A DNA stretch of 64,000 nucleotides. Source: Psilocybe cubensis (lineage: Eukaryota). Both the position numbers and the translations under genes were made by a program. This document shows, one piece after another, positions 7,346 to 20,100 of the stretch (positions are counted from its first letter, which is position 1; every line of letters starts with the position of its first letter). The notes beneath the pieces are model-generated. The model was not told the origin of the DNA, did no database searches, and worked only from the letters and a program-made list of their open reading frames with translations. The stretch is from NCBI GenBank assembly GCA_017499595.2, contig CM039010.1, positions 1 through 64,000 on the forward strand, written 5' to 3'.

Positions 7346-10300
7346 ATGTCTTCCACTTACTCTGCTGCCTTCTCTCGTGCCATGTCCCCCACCCTGGACG
7401 CACTCACCCAGGCTGTCGTCAACAACACAGTTTTTGGCGTCAACGACGAAGCTGGCCGCCACAACGCCCTCATCGACGAGTTGGCCACTGTCGTCATCAA
7501 GAAAATAGCTGAGTGCCGCTCCATTGACCAGATTGTAGACTGCGTCTTTTTTGACTATCGTGCTGCCCTTAGGGAGTTTCTCCTCAACCTCGCATCGTGG
7601 TGCGATAAGAGGGAAACAGTCAAGGCTAGCCTCGAGCGCCTTGAACTTGCCGTTAGCGCAGGCAACACCCCCAATCGCCTTCGGGTGAAGGCTCCCGAGT
7701 TCCAACTTACGAAGGAATTCGCGGATGCCGGGTCAGCGGAAGCTCTTCGAGTTTCCTCTACGTTCTCCACCGCTCGTGATGTCTTCCAAAAGGCAATCAA
7801 CGACGGCGCCATTCAGGCGAAAAAGGACGAACTGGCCTTTTGGGATGATAAATGCGCACTCAATAACTGTTATGAAGCTGCTGCCCTCATCGTTAAGACA
7901 ACTTACGATGATCGCAAATCCAGCTATAAGCTCCCCGTTTTCTCTACAGACAACAAGGGAGTTCGTCGAATAACAGATTGGGTAGTGTCACCGCAGAAGA
8001 AGGCTGAATGCAGCGCATTGCAAACCATTTTGCCAGCCATCTTCTCTCATATCAAACAGATTGTCAACTTGCGCCACCGCGCTTTGGCAATCAAGATTGA
8101 GAAAAAGCGGTCGACTGCGGCAACAGCCGATGTCGAGATGGCCGATGCGACCAAACCAGGTCCATCGATTCAATCCCTTATTGATAAGGGCTTGAATGCA
8201 CGTCTCAAGAAGCTCAACCTTGGATCTGTGGGCAAGAAGGCAAGTTCTCGTAACCCTTCACCCATAATTCTGGATACTAATTACTATTCTAATTACCCAG
8301 ACTTTGTCTGGCCAGAATTCGTCCAAGGCTCCTCAACCTCAGGCCAAGAAAGCTGGCCCTTCGAAATTCAAACCCTCGTCGACGCCTTCGCAGAAGAAGC
8401 CCCAAACCAAGGCTTCCAACAAGGTCGACAACAAGAAGAAAGGGAAGGGGAGAGCTCCCGTCAAGAACGATCCAAAGGGAAAGGGAAAGGCAAGAGCCTA
8501 GACGCGCGGTCTAATGTAGTACCTTTTACGTCGGTAAGACCCGCCTTCCCCAACTCTATTCCTGACGATATACTCACCATGACTAAAACAGACGCAGTTT
8601 CTTTTGTACACTTACATACGCCGATCTCATTCTTGTTGGCTGGCCAGTATCGTAGTAGTGTACACTGTAGTCCTGGTGTGGTGGTCCCTGTAGATATAGC
8701 AAATGATTTGTCACTCGGACTCAATTATATGTTTTTTACTCTACCTTCTCAAAGTCTGATCATGCAAGCATGGAATGATTTTCAACGAAGAATAAGATGG
8801 CGTATCTATTTTTTGTTTAAGGAAGGCATGAACAAACCTTTTGATCCAGATTACGGAGTAAGCTCAAAAAAGAAAGAGAAACCTCCAGTATTACCGCAAT
8901 ACATGGAACTTGGCCTTTCGATGGGACGTCGGTACGTGCAACGCACGATCGCAAGTATCCCGGAAGAAGCCCTTACGGAGATGCGAAAGCACGCGTTCTC
9001 TCCTAAAAGGGACAAGATCCGTAAGTTTCTTATCGATAACAACTATGTTATTACGATGACAGATAAGAATCTTGGCCTCGCGGTGTCTGAACGCGACTGG
9101 ATATTAAGGAATGAGCTCAATCTTCTTGAAGATGAACGTAACTATGAAGAGTTAGAATTCGAAGTTGCGCAAGAAGTAATGAAGAGCAAAATGATCCAGA
9201 TGCAAACTCTTGCACGTACCGTCGAAGATGAACATCTGTTTCTATTTGAACTTGGGTTGTCTCGATTCTTTCTATCGAATGTACCGGAAGACGGATCATC
9301 GTTCAAGTATCCTCAATTTCATGGTATACCTAAAATCCACAAAAAACCTACTGGATTTAGGCCCATAATTCCGTGTCACTCTGTAGTATTTAATCCTGCA
9401 GCCAAGTTTGTATCAAAAGAGCTTAAGCCGATTATTAAATCGACTCCTTCAATCATTCACGGAACGAAGGATCTCTTTACGAGATTAAGCCAATTGCGTA
9501 TAGACCCCAAACGACAATGGTATTTTGTCACCGGGGATGTAGTTGCTTTCTATCCCAATATTCCGTTGGACTTGTGCATCGAAATCGTTTGTAATATGTA
9601 CGAGGAATGGTTACTCAACGCTTCGGAAGAAAACACTGCATTAGCCCATATTAATCCAAATTCGTTAGGGAATAACTTGGTTAAATTGGGCATCTTTAAA
9701 CGTGCTATCGAGATTGGCAATACGCAATTGATAACACAACATGGGTCTAGATATTTTAGACAAAAAAATGGCCTCGCAATGGGCGTCGCGGATTCTCCGG
9801 ACCTTGCTAACCTCTTTGGAGCCCATTTTGAAATAAAGTCAAAAATCTTAGACCACCCAAACGTGGCCTTCTATGGAAGGTACATCGACGATTGTTTCGC
9901 AATTGTTTACGCCGAGTCCGAAGCACTTGCACTTAATCTTATTAAAGAAACAATAAAGTTCGATGGTTGTGTTATCGAATGGGCTGTTTCCTCGTCGGGA
10001 TGTCAATTTCTCGATGCTTTCATATTCAAGGAGTCTGGAAAACTTCATTGGAAGCCATTTGTCAAGACAGGAAACAACCGAGAACGAGTTCCATGGGTAT
10101 CACATCATCCTTTGGACGTCAAACGTGGCGTCTACATTGGAGAGTTATCCAGGTTAGCCGTGCTATGTAGTACCAAGGAAATCTACATCGGAGCAATTAG
10201 AGACCTTAACGCTCTCTATTTGATGCGCGGTTATCCCGAAAACCTAGTCATGTCTTGGTGTAAGAAGAATATACAAGAACGTTGGGAAAAGCGATTCGCT

Positions 10301-10876
10301 TTACGAGTCGCAGAGCACGACGAATCCATTCTTGTACTTAAAACCAGATTTGATCAGGTATGGAATTGGTTTTCAGCTGCTGAACTTGGAAAAACTGTTA
10401 CCGAGTACTGGTCGGCATGGTATGAACATGCCGAGAAAGGTTTGTATAGTGCAGACTCGTCCAGACCCCTTATCAAACCAGATCCAAATTACGTTCACGA
10501 CCTCGATGATGTTCGCCCGGAGCTGTTCACACAGATCCTCGTGGACGGAGAAACTGAGTTCGTACCGGATTTGAGGAAGATAGGACTACTCGGAAGTCGT
10601 TGGATAGTATCGCGAAAACGCAATACTAATCTTTTCGACCTTGCAAATGTGTGGAAGAAAACAGTCTTTCGTAAACTGGATGAAGACATCGCTGAAAAAG
10701 GTGGTGTTGTTCCCGAAACTCAAAACGTTAATGAAACTTATCATTCTGCTTTAGTTGAAGCTGCTGAACAGATAAGTATCGAAAGTGATAACGAGATAAT
10801 ACTTCATAGACGTTCAATCTCACAAGAGAGGGAACATCCAGAATTCGGCAGAATATCCAAATCTTACAACCGATGA
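7346..10876 (+). CDS. Penelope-like RT polyprotein, subtype B, 1176 aa
   Basis: Same RT motifs (RYIDD). N-terminal half differs from subtype A. Confidence 0.95.
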   Translation: MSSTYSAAFSRAMSPTLDALTQAVVNNTVFGVNDEAGRHNALIDELATVVIKKIAECRSIDQIVDCVFFDYRAALREFLLNLASWCDKRETVKASLERLELAVSAGNTPNRLRVKAPEFQLTKEFADAGSAEALRVSSTFSTARDVFQKAINDGAIQAKKDELAFWDDKCALNNCYEAAALIVKTTYDDRKSSYKLPVFSTDNKGVRRITDWVVSPQKKAECSALQTILPAIFSHIKQIVNLRHRALAIKIEKKRSTAATADVEMADATKPGPSIQSLIDKGLNARLKKLNLGSVGKKASSRNPSPIILDTNYYSNYPDFVWPEFVQGSSTSGQESWPFEIQTLVDAFAEEAPNQGFQQGRQQEEREGESSRQERSKGKGKGKSLDARSNVVPFTSVRPAFPNSIPDDILTMTKTDAVSFVHLHTPISFLLAGQYRSSVHCSPGVVVPVDIANDLSLGLNYMFFTLPSQSLIMQAWNDFQRRIRWRIYFLFKEGMNKPFDPDYGVSSKKKEKPPVLPQYMELGLSMGRRYVQRTIASIPEEALTEMRKHAFSPKRDKIRKFLIDNNYVITMTDKNLGLAVSERDWILRNELNLLEDERNYEELEFEVAQEVMKSKMIQMQTLARTVEDEHLFLFELGLSRFFLSNVPEDGSSFKYPQFHGIPKIHKKPTGFRPIIPCHSVVFNPAAKFVSKELKPIIKSTPSIIHGTKDLFTRLSQLRIDPKRQWYFVTGDVVAFYPNIPLDLCIEIVCNMYEEWLLNASEENTALAHINPNSLGNNLVKLGIFKRAIEIGNTQLITQHGSRYFRQKNGLAMGVADSPDLANLFGAHFEIKSKILDHPNVAFYGRYIDDCFAIVYAESEALALNLIKETIKFDGCVIEWAVSSSGCQFLDAFIFKESGKLHWKPFVKTGNNRERVPWVSHHPLDVKRGVYIGELSRLAVLCSTKEIYIGAIRDLNALYLMRGYPENLVMSWCKKNIQERWEKRFALRVAEHDESILVLKTRFDQVWNWFSAAELGKTVTEYWSAWYEHAEKGLYSADSSRPLIKPDPNYVHDLDDVRPELFTQILVDGETEFVPDLRKIGLLGSRWIVSRKRNTNLFDLANVWKKTVFRKLDEDIAEKGGVVPETQNVNETYHSALVEAAEQISIESDNEIILHRRSISQEREHPEFGRISKSYNR

Positions 10877-11579
10877 AAAGAATACTAGCGCGTAAGGCGT
10901 AAAGCATTAGAAAAAAACCCTAACCGTAAGTATTCCTTGCTACAAAGTAACAAACATCTACTTACAAGCAACACATTGGATTAAATAGCTAAACCTAAAC
11001 CTAAACCCTAAACCCTAAACCCTAAGCCCTAACCTAACCCCAACCCTAAGCTAACTAAGTCTAACCTTAGTAGGAAGTAAGGTAGGCGTGTGAACTTCCG
11101 AAAGGCATGTGATTGTGAAGGGCCGGATCTAATTTAGTACATGGGAAAAGTTACTTAGTACCTCGGGAAAAGTTCCTTAGTACCGTGGAAACATTTTTGA
11201 TGGACCGGATCATGAACTGTCCAATTAAGATTCACAACAATCAATCAATTGATTGTTAGGTAAGGACCCAGGTAAGCTATTTATACTCTTGACATGAGAA
11301 TATTCCCATGTCACGGTTACTCGGAGCCACGTAACCAGAGTATTTTATATCCATGTGATTCACATCACAGTCAATAACCCACGATGTCAAAGAACAAAAG
11401 TGTTGGATCCACTTTTGACAGGTTACCATGTGCCACATCGACCCGTGACACTCTGTTCATCAGAGATCTGTCTAACTTGACAATAAACATTGACAGATTT
11501 GTGATAGTCGGTAAGATACATGACAGCTGCGCAGCATCACTTCACGCGCTGTCATCGGATGTTCCAGAACATTCCTTCT

Positions 11580-11655
11580 AAGAATAGCCACTGAAGAGTC
11601 TATAAAGACGAAAGGGCTGGCTGCTGATAACAATCAACAGCCCTCTGGCCTTCTT
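11580..11655 (+). ncRNA. Intact hammerhead ribozyme (C17 = 11645)
   Basis: Same core and stems as 6097-6172, with a different stem III loop. Confidence 0.9.
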
Positions 11656-11717
11656 TCCATTTAACTCACAGTTTAAACAAGTCGCTCGCACCTCGCTTCG
11701 CTCGGTGCTCGCTCCCC

Positions 11718-11763
11718 CCCTAAACCCTAAACCCTAAACCCTAAACCCTAAACCCTAAACCCT
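11718..11763 (+). repeat. Interstitial telomeric tract
   Basis: About 6 x CCCTAAA. Confidence 0.93.
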
Positions 11764-12595
11764 GAAAAAGTTGAAGCTGCTGAACAGATAAGTATCGAAA
11801 GTGATAACGAGATAATACTTCATAGACGTTCAATCTCACAAGAGAGGGAACATCCAGAATTCGGCAGAATATCCAAATCTTACAACCGATGAAAAGAATA
11901 CTAGCGCGTAAGGCGTAAAGCATTAGAAAAAAACCCTAACCGTAAGTATTCCTTGCTACAAAGTAACAAACATCTACTTACAAGCAACACATTGGATTAA
12001 ATAGCTAAACCTAAACCTAAACCCTAAACCCTAAACCCTAAGCCCTAACCTAACCCCAACCCTAAGCTAACTAAGTCTAACCTTAGTAGGAAGTAAGGTA
12101 GGCGTGTGAACTTCCGAAAGGCATGTGATTGTGAAGGGCCGGATCTAATTTAGTACATGGGAAAAGTTACTTAGTACCTCGGGAAAAGTTCCTTAGTACC
12201 GTGGAAACATTTTTGATGGACCGGATCATGAACTGTCCAATTAAGATTCACAACAATCAATCAATTGATTGTTAGGTAAGGACCCAGGTAAGCTATTTAT
12301 ACTCTTGACATGAGAATATTCCCATGTCACGGTTACTCGGAGCCACGTAACCAGAGTATTTTATATCCATGTGATTCACATCACAGTCAATAACCCACGA
12401 TGTCAAAGAACAAAAGTGTTGGATCCACTTTTGACAGGTTACCATGTGCCACATCGACCCGTGACACTCTGTTCATCAGAGATCTGTCTAACTTGACAAT
12501 AAACATTGACAGATTTGTGATAGTCGGTAAGATACATGACAGCTGCGCAGCATCACTTCACGCGCTGTCATCGGATGTTCCAGAACATTCCTTCT

Positions 12596-12671
12596 AAGAA
12601 TAGCCACTGAAGAGTCTATAAAGACGAAAGGGCTGGCTGCTGATAACAATCAACAGCCCTCTGGCCTTCTT
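12596..12671 (+). ncRNA. Intact hammerhead ribozyme (C17 = 12661)
   Basis: Conserved core and stems. Confidence 0.9.
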
Positions 12672-12772
12672 TCCATTTAACTCACAGTTTAAACAAGTCG
12701 CTCGCACCTCGCTTCGCTCGGTGCTCGCTCCCCCCCTAAACCCAACGACTTTGCTATTACCCAACAGCTACT

Positions 12773-15700
12773 ATGTCTTCCACTTACTCTGCTGCCTTCT
12801 CTCGTGCCATGTCCCCCACCCTGGACGCACTCACCCAGGCTGTCGTCAACAACACAGTTTTTGGCGTCAACGACGAAGCTGGCCGCCACAACGCCCTCAT
12901 CGACGAGTTGGCCACTGTCGTCATCAAGAAAATAGCTGAGTGCCGCTCCATTGACCAGATTGTAGACTGCGTCTTTTTTGACTATCGTGCTGCCCTTAGG
13001 GAGTTTCTCCTCAACCTCGCATCGTGGTGCGATAAGAGGGAAACAGTCAAGGCTAGCCTCGAGCGCCTTGAACTTGCCGTTAGCGCAGGCAACACCCCCA
13101 ATCGCCTTCGGGTGAAGGCTCCCGAGTTCCAACTTACGAAGGAATTCGCGGATGCCGGGTCAGCGGAAGCTCTTCGAGTTTCCTCTACGTTCTCCACCGC
13201 TCGTGATGTCTTCCAAAAGGCAATCAACGACGGCGCCATTCAGGCGAAAAAGGACGAACTGGCCTTTTGGGATGATAAATGCGCACTCAATAACTGTTAT
13301 GAAGCTGCTGCCCTCATCGTTAAGACAACTTACGATGATCGCAAATCCAGCTATAAGCTCCCCGTTTTCTCTACAGACAACAAGGGAGTTCGTCGAATAA
13401 CAGATTGGGTAGTGTCACCGCAGAAGAAGGCTGAATGCAGCGCATTGCAAACCATTTTGCCAGCCATCTTCTCTCATATCAAACAGATTGTCAACTTGCG
13501 CCACCGCGCTTTGGCAATCAAGATTGAGAAAAAGCGGTCGACTGCGGCAACAGCCGATGTCGAGATGGCCGATGCGACCAAACCAGGTCCATCGATTCAA
13601 TCCCTTATTGATAAGGGCTTGAATGCACGTCTCAAGAAGCTCAACCTTGGATCTGTGGGCAAGAAGGCAAGTTCTCGTAACCCTTCACCCATAATTCTGG
13701 ATACTAATTACTATTCTAATTACCCAGACTTTGTCTGGCCAGAATTCGTCCAAGGCTCCTCAACCTCAGGCCAAGAAAGCTGGCCCTTCGAAATTCAAAC
13801 CCTCGTCGACGCCTTCGCAGAAGAAGCCCCAAACCAAGGCTTCCAACAAGGTCGACAACAAGAAGAAAGGGAAGGGGAGAGCTCCCGTCAAGAACGATCC
13901 AAAGGGAAAGGGAAAGGCAAGAGCCTAGACGCGCGGTCTAATGTAGTACCTTTTACGTCGGTAAGACCCGCCTTCCCCAACTCTATTCCTGACGATATAC
14001 TCACCATGACTAAAACAGACGCAGTTTCTTTTGTACACTTACATACGCCGATCTCATTCTTGTTGGCTGGCCAGTATCGTAGTAGTGTACACTGTAGTCC
14101 TGGTGTGGTGGTCCCTGTAGATATAGCAAATGATTTGTCACTCGGACTCAATTATATGTTTTTTACTCTACCTTCTCAAAGTCTGATCATGCAAGCATGG
14201 AATGATTTTCAACGAAGAATAAGATGGCGTATCTATTTTTTGTTTAAGGAAGGCATGAACAAACCTTTTGATCCAGATTACGGAGTAAGCTCAAAAAAGA
14301 AAGAGAAACCTCCAGTATTACCGCAATACATGGAACTTGGCCTTTCGATGGGACGTCGGTACGTGCAACGCACGATCGCAAGTATCCCGGAAGAAGCCCT
14401 TACGGAGATGCGAAAGCACGCGTTCTCTCCTAAAAGGGACAAGATCCGTAAGTTTCTTATCGATAACAACTATGTTATTACGATGACAGATAAGAATCTT
14501 GGCCTCGCGGTGTCTGAACGCGACTGGATATTAAGGAATGAGCTCAATCTTCTTGAAGATGAACGTAACTATGAAGAGTTAGAATTCGAAGTTGCGCAAG
14601 AAGTAATGAAGAGCAAAATGATCCAGATGCAAACTCTTGCACGTACCGTCGAAGATGAACATCTGTTTCTATTTGAACTTGGGTTGTCTCGATTCTTTCT
14701 ATCGAATGTACCGGAAGACGGATCATCGTTCAAGTATCCTCAATTTCATGGTATACCTAAAATCCACAAAAAACCTACTGGATTTAGGCCCATAATTCCG
14801 TGTCACTCTGTAGTATTTAATCCTGCAGCCAAGTTTGTATCAAAAGAGCTTAAGCCGATTATTAAATCGACTCCTTCAATCATTCACGGAACGAAGGATC
14901 TCTTTACGAGATTAAGCCAATTGCGTATAGACCCCAAACGACAATGGTATTTTGTCACCGGGGATGTAGTTGCTTTCTATCCCAATATTCCGTTGGACTT
15001 GTGCATCGAAATCGTTTGTAATATGTACGAGGAATGGTTACTCAACGCTTCGGAAGAAAACACTGCATTAGCCCATATTAATCCAAATTCGTTAGAGAAT
15101 AACTTGGTTAAATTGGGCATCTTTAAACGTGCTATCGAGATTGGCAATACGCAATTGATAACACAACATGGGTCTAGATATTTTAGACAAAAAAATGGCC
15201 TCGCAATGGGCGTCGCGGATTCTCCGGACCTTGCTAACCTCTTTGGAGCCCATTTTGAAATAAAGTCAAAAATCTTAGACCACCCAAACGTGGCCTTCTA
15301 TGGAAGGTACATCGACGATTGTTTCGCAATTGTTTACGCCGAGTCCGAAGCACTTGCACTTAATCTTATTAAAGAAACAATAAAGTTCGATGGTTGTGTT
15401 ATCGAATGGGCTGTTTCCTCGTCGGGATGTCAATTTCTCGATGCTTTCATATTCAAGGAGTCTGGAAAACTTCATTGGAAGCCATTTGTCAAGACAGGAA
15501 ACAACCGAGAACGAGTTCCATGGGTATCACATCATCCTTTGGACGTCAAACGTGGCGTCTACATTGGAGAGTTATCCAGGTTAGCCGTGCTATGTAGTAC
15601 CAAGGAAATCTACATCGGAGCAATTAGAGACCTTAACGCTCTCTATTTGATGCGCGGTTATCCCGAAAACCTAGTCATGTCTTGGTGTAAGAAGAATATA

Positions 15701-16303
15701 CAAGAACGTTGGGAAAAGCGATTCGCTTTACGAGTCGCAGAGCACGACGAATCCATTCTTGTACTTAAAACCAGATTTGATCAGGTATGGAATTGGTTTT
15801 CAGCTGCTGAACTTGGAAAAACTGTTACCGAGTACTGGTCGGCATGGTATGAACATGCCGAGAAAGGTTTGTATAGTGCAGACTCGTCCAGACCCCTTAT
15901 CAAACCAGATCCAAATTACGTTCACGACCTCGATGATGTTCGCCCGGAGCTGTTCACACAGATCCTCGTGGACGGAGAAACTGAGTTCGTACCGGATTTG
16001 AGGAAGATAGGACTACTCGGAAGTCGTTGGATAGTATCGCGAAAACGCAATACTAATCTTTTCGACCTTGCAAATGTGTGGAAGAAAACAGTCTTTCGTA
16101 AACTGGATGAAGACATCGCTGAAAAAGGTGGTGTTGTTCCCGAAACTCAAAACGTTAATGAAACTTATCATTCTGCTTTAGTTGAAGCTGCTGAACAGAT
16201 AAGTATCGAAAGTGATAACGAGATAATACTTCATAGACGTTCAATCTCACAAGAGAGGGAACATCCAGAATTCGGCAGAATATCCAAATCTTACAACCGA
16301 TGA
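12773..16303 (+). CDS. Penelope-like RT polyprotein, subtype B
   Basis: Intact 1176-aa ORF with RT motifs. Confidence 0.95.
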   Translation: MSSTYSAAFSRAMSPTLDALTQAVVNNTVFGVNDEAGRHNALIDELATVVIKKIAECRSIDQIVDCVFFDYRAALREFLLNLASWCDKRETVKASLERLELAVSAGNTPNRLRVKAPEFQLTKEFADAGSAEALRVSSTFSTARDVFQKAINDGAIQAKKDELAFWDDKCALNNCYEAAALIVKTTYDDRKSSYKLPVFSTDNKGVRRITDWVVSPQKKAECSALQTILPAIFSHIKQIVNLRHRALAIKIEKKRSTAATADVEMADATKPGPSIQSLIDKGLNARLKKLNLGSVGKKASSRNPSPIILDTNYYSNYPDFVWPEFVQGSSTSGQESWPFEIQTLVDAFAEEAPNQGFQQGRQQEEREGESSRQERSKGKGKGKSLDARSNVVPFTSVRPAFPNSIPDDILTMTKTDAVSFVHLHTPISFLLAGQYRSSVHCSPGVVVPVDIANDLSLGLNYMFFTLPSQSLIMQAWNDFQRRIRWRIYFLFKEGMNKPFDPDYGVSSKKKEKPPVLPQYMELGLSMGRRYVQRTIASIPEEALTEMRKHAFSPKRDKIRKFLIDNNYVITMTDKNLGLAVSERDWILRNELNLLEDERNYEELEFEVAQEVMKSKMIQMQTLARTVEDEHLFLFELGLSRFFLSNVPEDGSSFKYPQFHGIPKIHKKPTGFRPIIPCHSVVFNPAAKFVSKELKPIIKSTPSIIHGTKDLFTRLSQLRIDPKRQWYFVTGDVVAFYPNIPLDLCIEIVCNMYEEWLLNASEENTALAHINPNSLENNLVKLGIFKRAIEIGNTQLITQHGSRYFRQKNGLAMGVADSPDLANLFGAHFEIKSKILDHPNVAFYGRYIDDCFAIVYAESEALALNLIKETIKFDGCVIEWAVSSSGCQFLDAFIFKESGKLHWKPFVKTGNNRERVPWVSHHPLDVKRGVYIGELSRLAVLCSTKEIYIGAIRDLNALYLMRGYPENLVMSWCKKNIQERWEKRFALRVAEHDESILVLKTRFDQVWNWFSAAELGKTVTEYWSAWYEHAEKGLYSADSSRPLIKPDPNYVHDLDDVRPELFTQILVDGETEFVPDLRKIGLLGSRWIVSRKRNTNLFDLANVWKKTVFRKLDEDIAEKGGVVPETQNVNETYHSALVEAAEQISIESDNEIILHRRSISQEREHPEFGRISKSYNR

Positions 16304-17006
16304 AAAGAATACTAGCGCGTAAGGCGTAAAGCATTAGAAAAAAACCCTAACCGTAAGTATTCCTTGCTACAAAGTAACAAACATCTACTTACAAGCAACA
16401 CATTGGATTAAATAGCTAAACCTAAACCTAAACCCTAAACCCTAAACCCTAAGCCCTAACCTAACCCCAACCCTAAGCTAACTAAGTCTAACCTTAGTAG
16501 GAAGTAAGGTAGGCGTGTGAACTTCCGAAAGGCATGTGATTGTGAAGGGCCGGATCTAATTTAGTACATGGGAAAAGTTACTTAGTACCTCGGGAAAAGT
16601 TCCTTAGTACCGTGGAAACATTTTTGATGGACCGGATCATGAACTGTCCAATTAAGATTCACAACAATCAATCAATTGATTGTTAGGTAAGGACCCAGGT
16701 AAGCTATTTATACTCTTGACATGAGAATATTCCCATGTCACGGTTACTCGGAGCCACGTAACCAGAGTATTTTATATCCATGTGATTCACATCACAGTCA
16801 ATAACCCACGATGTCAAAGAACAAAAGTGTTGGATCCACTTTTGACAGGTTACCATGTGCCACATCGACCCGTGACACTCTGTTCATCAGAGATCTGTCT
16901 AACTTGACAATAAACATTGACAGATTTGTGATAGTCGGTAAGATACATGACAGCTGCGCAGCATCACTTCACGCGCTGTCATCGGATGTTCCAGAACATT
17001 CCTTCT

Positions 17007-17082
17007 AAGAATAGCCACTGAAGAGTCTATAAAGACGAAAGGGCTGGCTGCTGATAACAATCAACAGCCCTCTGGCCTTCTT
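17007..17082 (+). ncRNA. Intact hammerhead ribozyme (C17 = 17072)
   Basis: Conserved core and stems. Confidence 0.9.
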
Positions 17083-17183
17083 TCCATTTAACTCACAGTT
17101 TAAACAAGTCGCTCGCACCTCGCTTCGCTCGGTGCTCGCTCCCCCCCTAAACCCAACGACTTTGCTATTACCCAACAGCTACT

Positions 17184-20100
17184 ATGTCTTCCACTTACTC
17201 TGCTGCCTTCTCTCGTGCCATGTCCCCCACCCTGGACGCACTCACCCAGGCTGTCGTCAACAACACAGTTTTTGGCGTCAACGACGAAGCTGGCCGCCAC
17301 AACGCCCTCATCGACGAGTTGGCCACTGTCGTCATCAAGAAAATAGCTGAGTGCCGCTCCATTGACCAGATTGTAGACTGCGTCTTTTTTGACTATCGTG
17401 CTGCCCTTAGGGAGTTTCTCCTCAACCTCGCATCGTGGTGCGATAAGAGGGAAACAGTCAAGGCTAGCCTCGAGCGCCTTGAACTTGCCGTTAGCGCAGG
17501 CAACACCCCCAATCGCCTTCGGGTGAAGGCTCCCGAGTTCCAACTTACGAAGGAATTCGCGGATGCCGGGTCAGCGGAAGCTCTTCGAGTTTCCTCTACG
17601 TTCTCCACCGCTCGTGATGTCTTCCAAAAGGCAATCAACGACGGCGCCATTCAGGCGAAAAAGGACGAACTGGCCTTTTGGGATGATAAATGCGCACTCA
17701 ATAACTGTTATGAAGCTGCTGCCCTCATCGTTAAGACAACTTACGATGATCGCAAATCCAGCTATAAGCTCCCCGTTTTCTCTACAGACAACAAGGGAGT
17801 TCGTCGAATAACAGATTGGGTAGTGTCACCGCAGAAGAAGGCTGAATGCAGCGCATTGCAAACCATTTTGCCAGCCATCTTCTCTCATATCAAACAGATT
17901 GTCAACTTGCGCCACCGCGCTTTGGCAATCAAGATTGAGAAAAAGCGGTCGACTGCGGCAACAGCCGATGTCGAGATGGCCGATGCGACCAAACCAGGTC
18001 CATCGATTCAATCCCTTATTGATAAGGGCTTGAATGCACGTCTCAAGAAGCTCAACCTTGGATCTGTGGGCAAGAAGGCAAGTTCTCGTAACCCTTCACC
18101 CATAATTCTGGATACTAATTACTATTCTAATTACCCAGACTTTGTCTGGCCAGAATTCGTCCAAGGCTCCTCAACCTCAGGCCAAGAAAGCTGGCCCTTC
18201 GAAATTCAAACCCTCGTCGACGCCTTCGCAGAAGAAGCCCCAAACCAAGGCTTCCAACAAGGTCGACAACAAGAAGAAAGGGAAGGGGAGAGCTCCCGTC
18301 AAGAACGATCCAAAGGGAAAGGGAAAGGCAAGAGCCTAGACGCGCGGTCTAATGTAGTACCTTTTACGTCGGTAAGACCCGCCTTCCCCAACTCTATTCC
18401 TGACGATATACTCACCATGACTAAAACAGACGCAGTTTCTTTTGTACACTTACATACGCCGATCTCATTCTTGTTGGCTGGCCAGTATCGTAGTAGTGTA
18501 CACTGTAGTCCTGGTGTGGTGGTCCCTGTAGATATAGCAAATGATTTGTCACTCGGACTCAATTATATGTTTTTTACTCTACCTTCTCAAAGTCTGATCA
18601 TGCAAGCATGGAATGATTTTCAACGAAGAATAAGATGGCGTATCTATTTTTTGTTTAAGGAAGGCATGAACAAACCTTTTGATCCAGATTACGGAGTAAG
18701 CTCAAAAAAGAAAGAGAAACCTCCAGTATTACCGCAATACATGGAACTTGGCCTTTCGATGGGACGTCGGTACGTGCAACGCACGATCGCAAGTATCCCG
18801 GAAGAAGCCCTTACGGAGATGCGAAAGCACGCGTTCTCTCCTAAAAGGGACAAGATCCGTAAGTTTCTTATCGATAACAACTATGTTATTACGATGACAG
18901 ATAAGAATCTTGGCCTCGCGGTGTCTGAACGCGACTGGATATTAAGGAATGAGCTCAATCTTCTTGAAGATGAACGTAACTATGAAGAGTTAGAATTCGA
19001 AGTTGCGCAAGAAGTAATGAAGAGCAAAATGATCCAGATGCAAACTCTTGCACGTACCGTCGAAGATGAACATCTGTTTCTATTTGAACTTGGGTTGTCT
19101 CGATTCTTTCTATCGAATGTACCGGAAGACGGATCATCGTTCAAGTATCCTCAATTTCATGGTATACCTAAAATCCACAAAAAACCTACTGGATTTAGGC
19201 CCATAATTCCGTGTCACTCTGTAGTATTTAATCCTGCAGCCAAGTTTGTATCAAAAGAGCTTAAGCCGATTATTAAATCGACTCCTTCAATCATTCACGG
19301 AACGAAGGATCTCTTTACGAGATTAAGCCAATTGCGTATAGACCCCAAACGACAATGGTATTTTGTCACCGGGGATGTAGTTGCTTTCTATCCCAATATT
19401 CCGTTGGACTTGTGCATCGAAATCGTTTGTAATATGTACGAGGAATGGTTACTCAACGCTTCGGAAGAAAACACTGCATTAGCCCATATTAATCCAAATT
19501 CGTTAGAGAATAACTTGGTTAAATTGGGCATCTTTAAACGTGCTATCGAGATTGGCAATACGCAATTGATAACACAACATGGGTCTAGATATTTTAGACA
19601 AAAAAATGGCCTCGCAATGGGCGTCGCGGATTCTCCGGACCTTGCTAACCTCTTTGGAGCCCATTTTGAAATAAAGTCAAAAATCTTAGACCACCCAAAC
19701 GTGGCCTTCTATGGAAGGTACATCGACGATTGTTTCGCAATTGTTTACGCCGAGTCCGAAGCACTTGCACTTAATCTTATTAAAGAAACAATAAAGTTCG
19801 ATGGTTGTGTTATCGAATGGGCTGTTTCCTCGTCGGGATGTCAATTTCTCGATGCTTTCATATTCAAGGAGTCTGGAAAACTTCATTGGAAGCCATTTGT
19901 CAAGACAGGAAACAACCGAGAACGAGTTCCATGGGTATCACATCATCCTTTGGACGTCAAACGTGGCGTCTACATTGGAGAGTTATCCAGGTTAGCCGTG
20001 CTATGTAGTACCAAGGAAATCTACATCGGAGCAATTAGAGACCTTAACGCTCTCTATTTGATGCGCGGTTATCCCGAAAACCTAGTCATGTCTTGGTGTA

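Larger units (their letters stand above)
6321..11720 (+). mobile_element. PLE copy 2 (subtype B), 5'-truncated inside the group I intron
   Basis: Starts at the equivalent of position 826. ORF 7346-10876. Confidence 0.9.
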
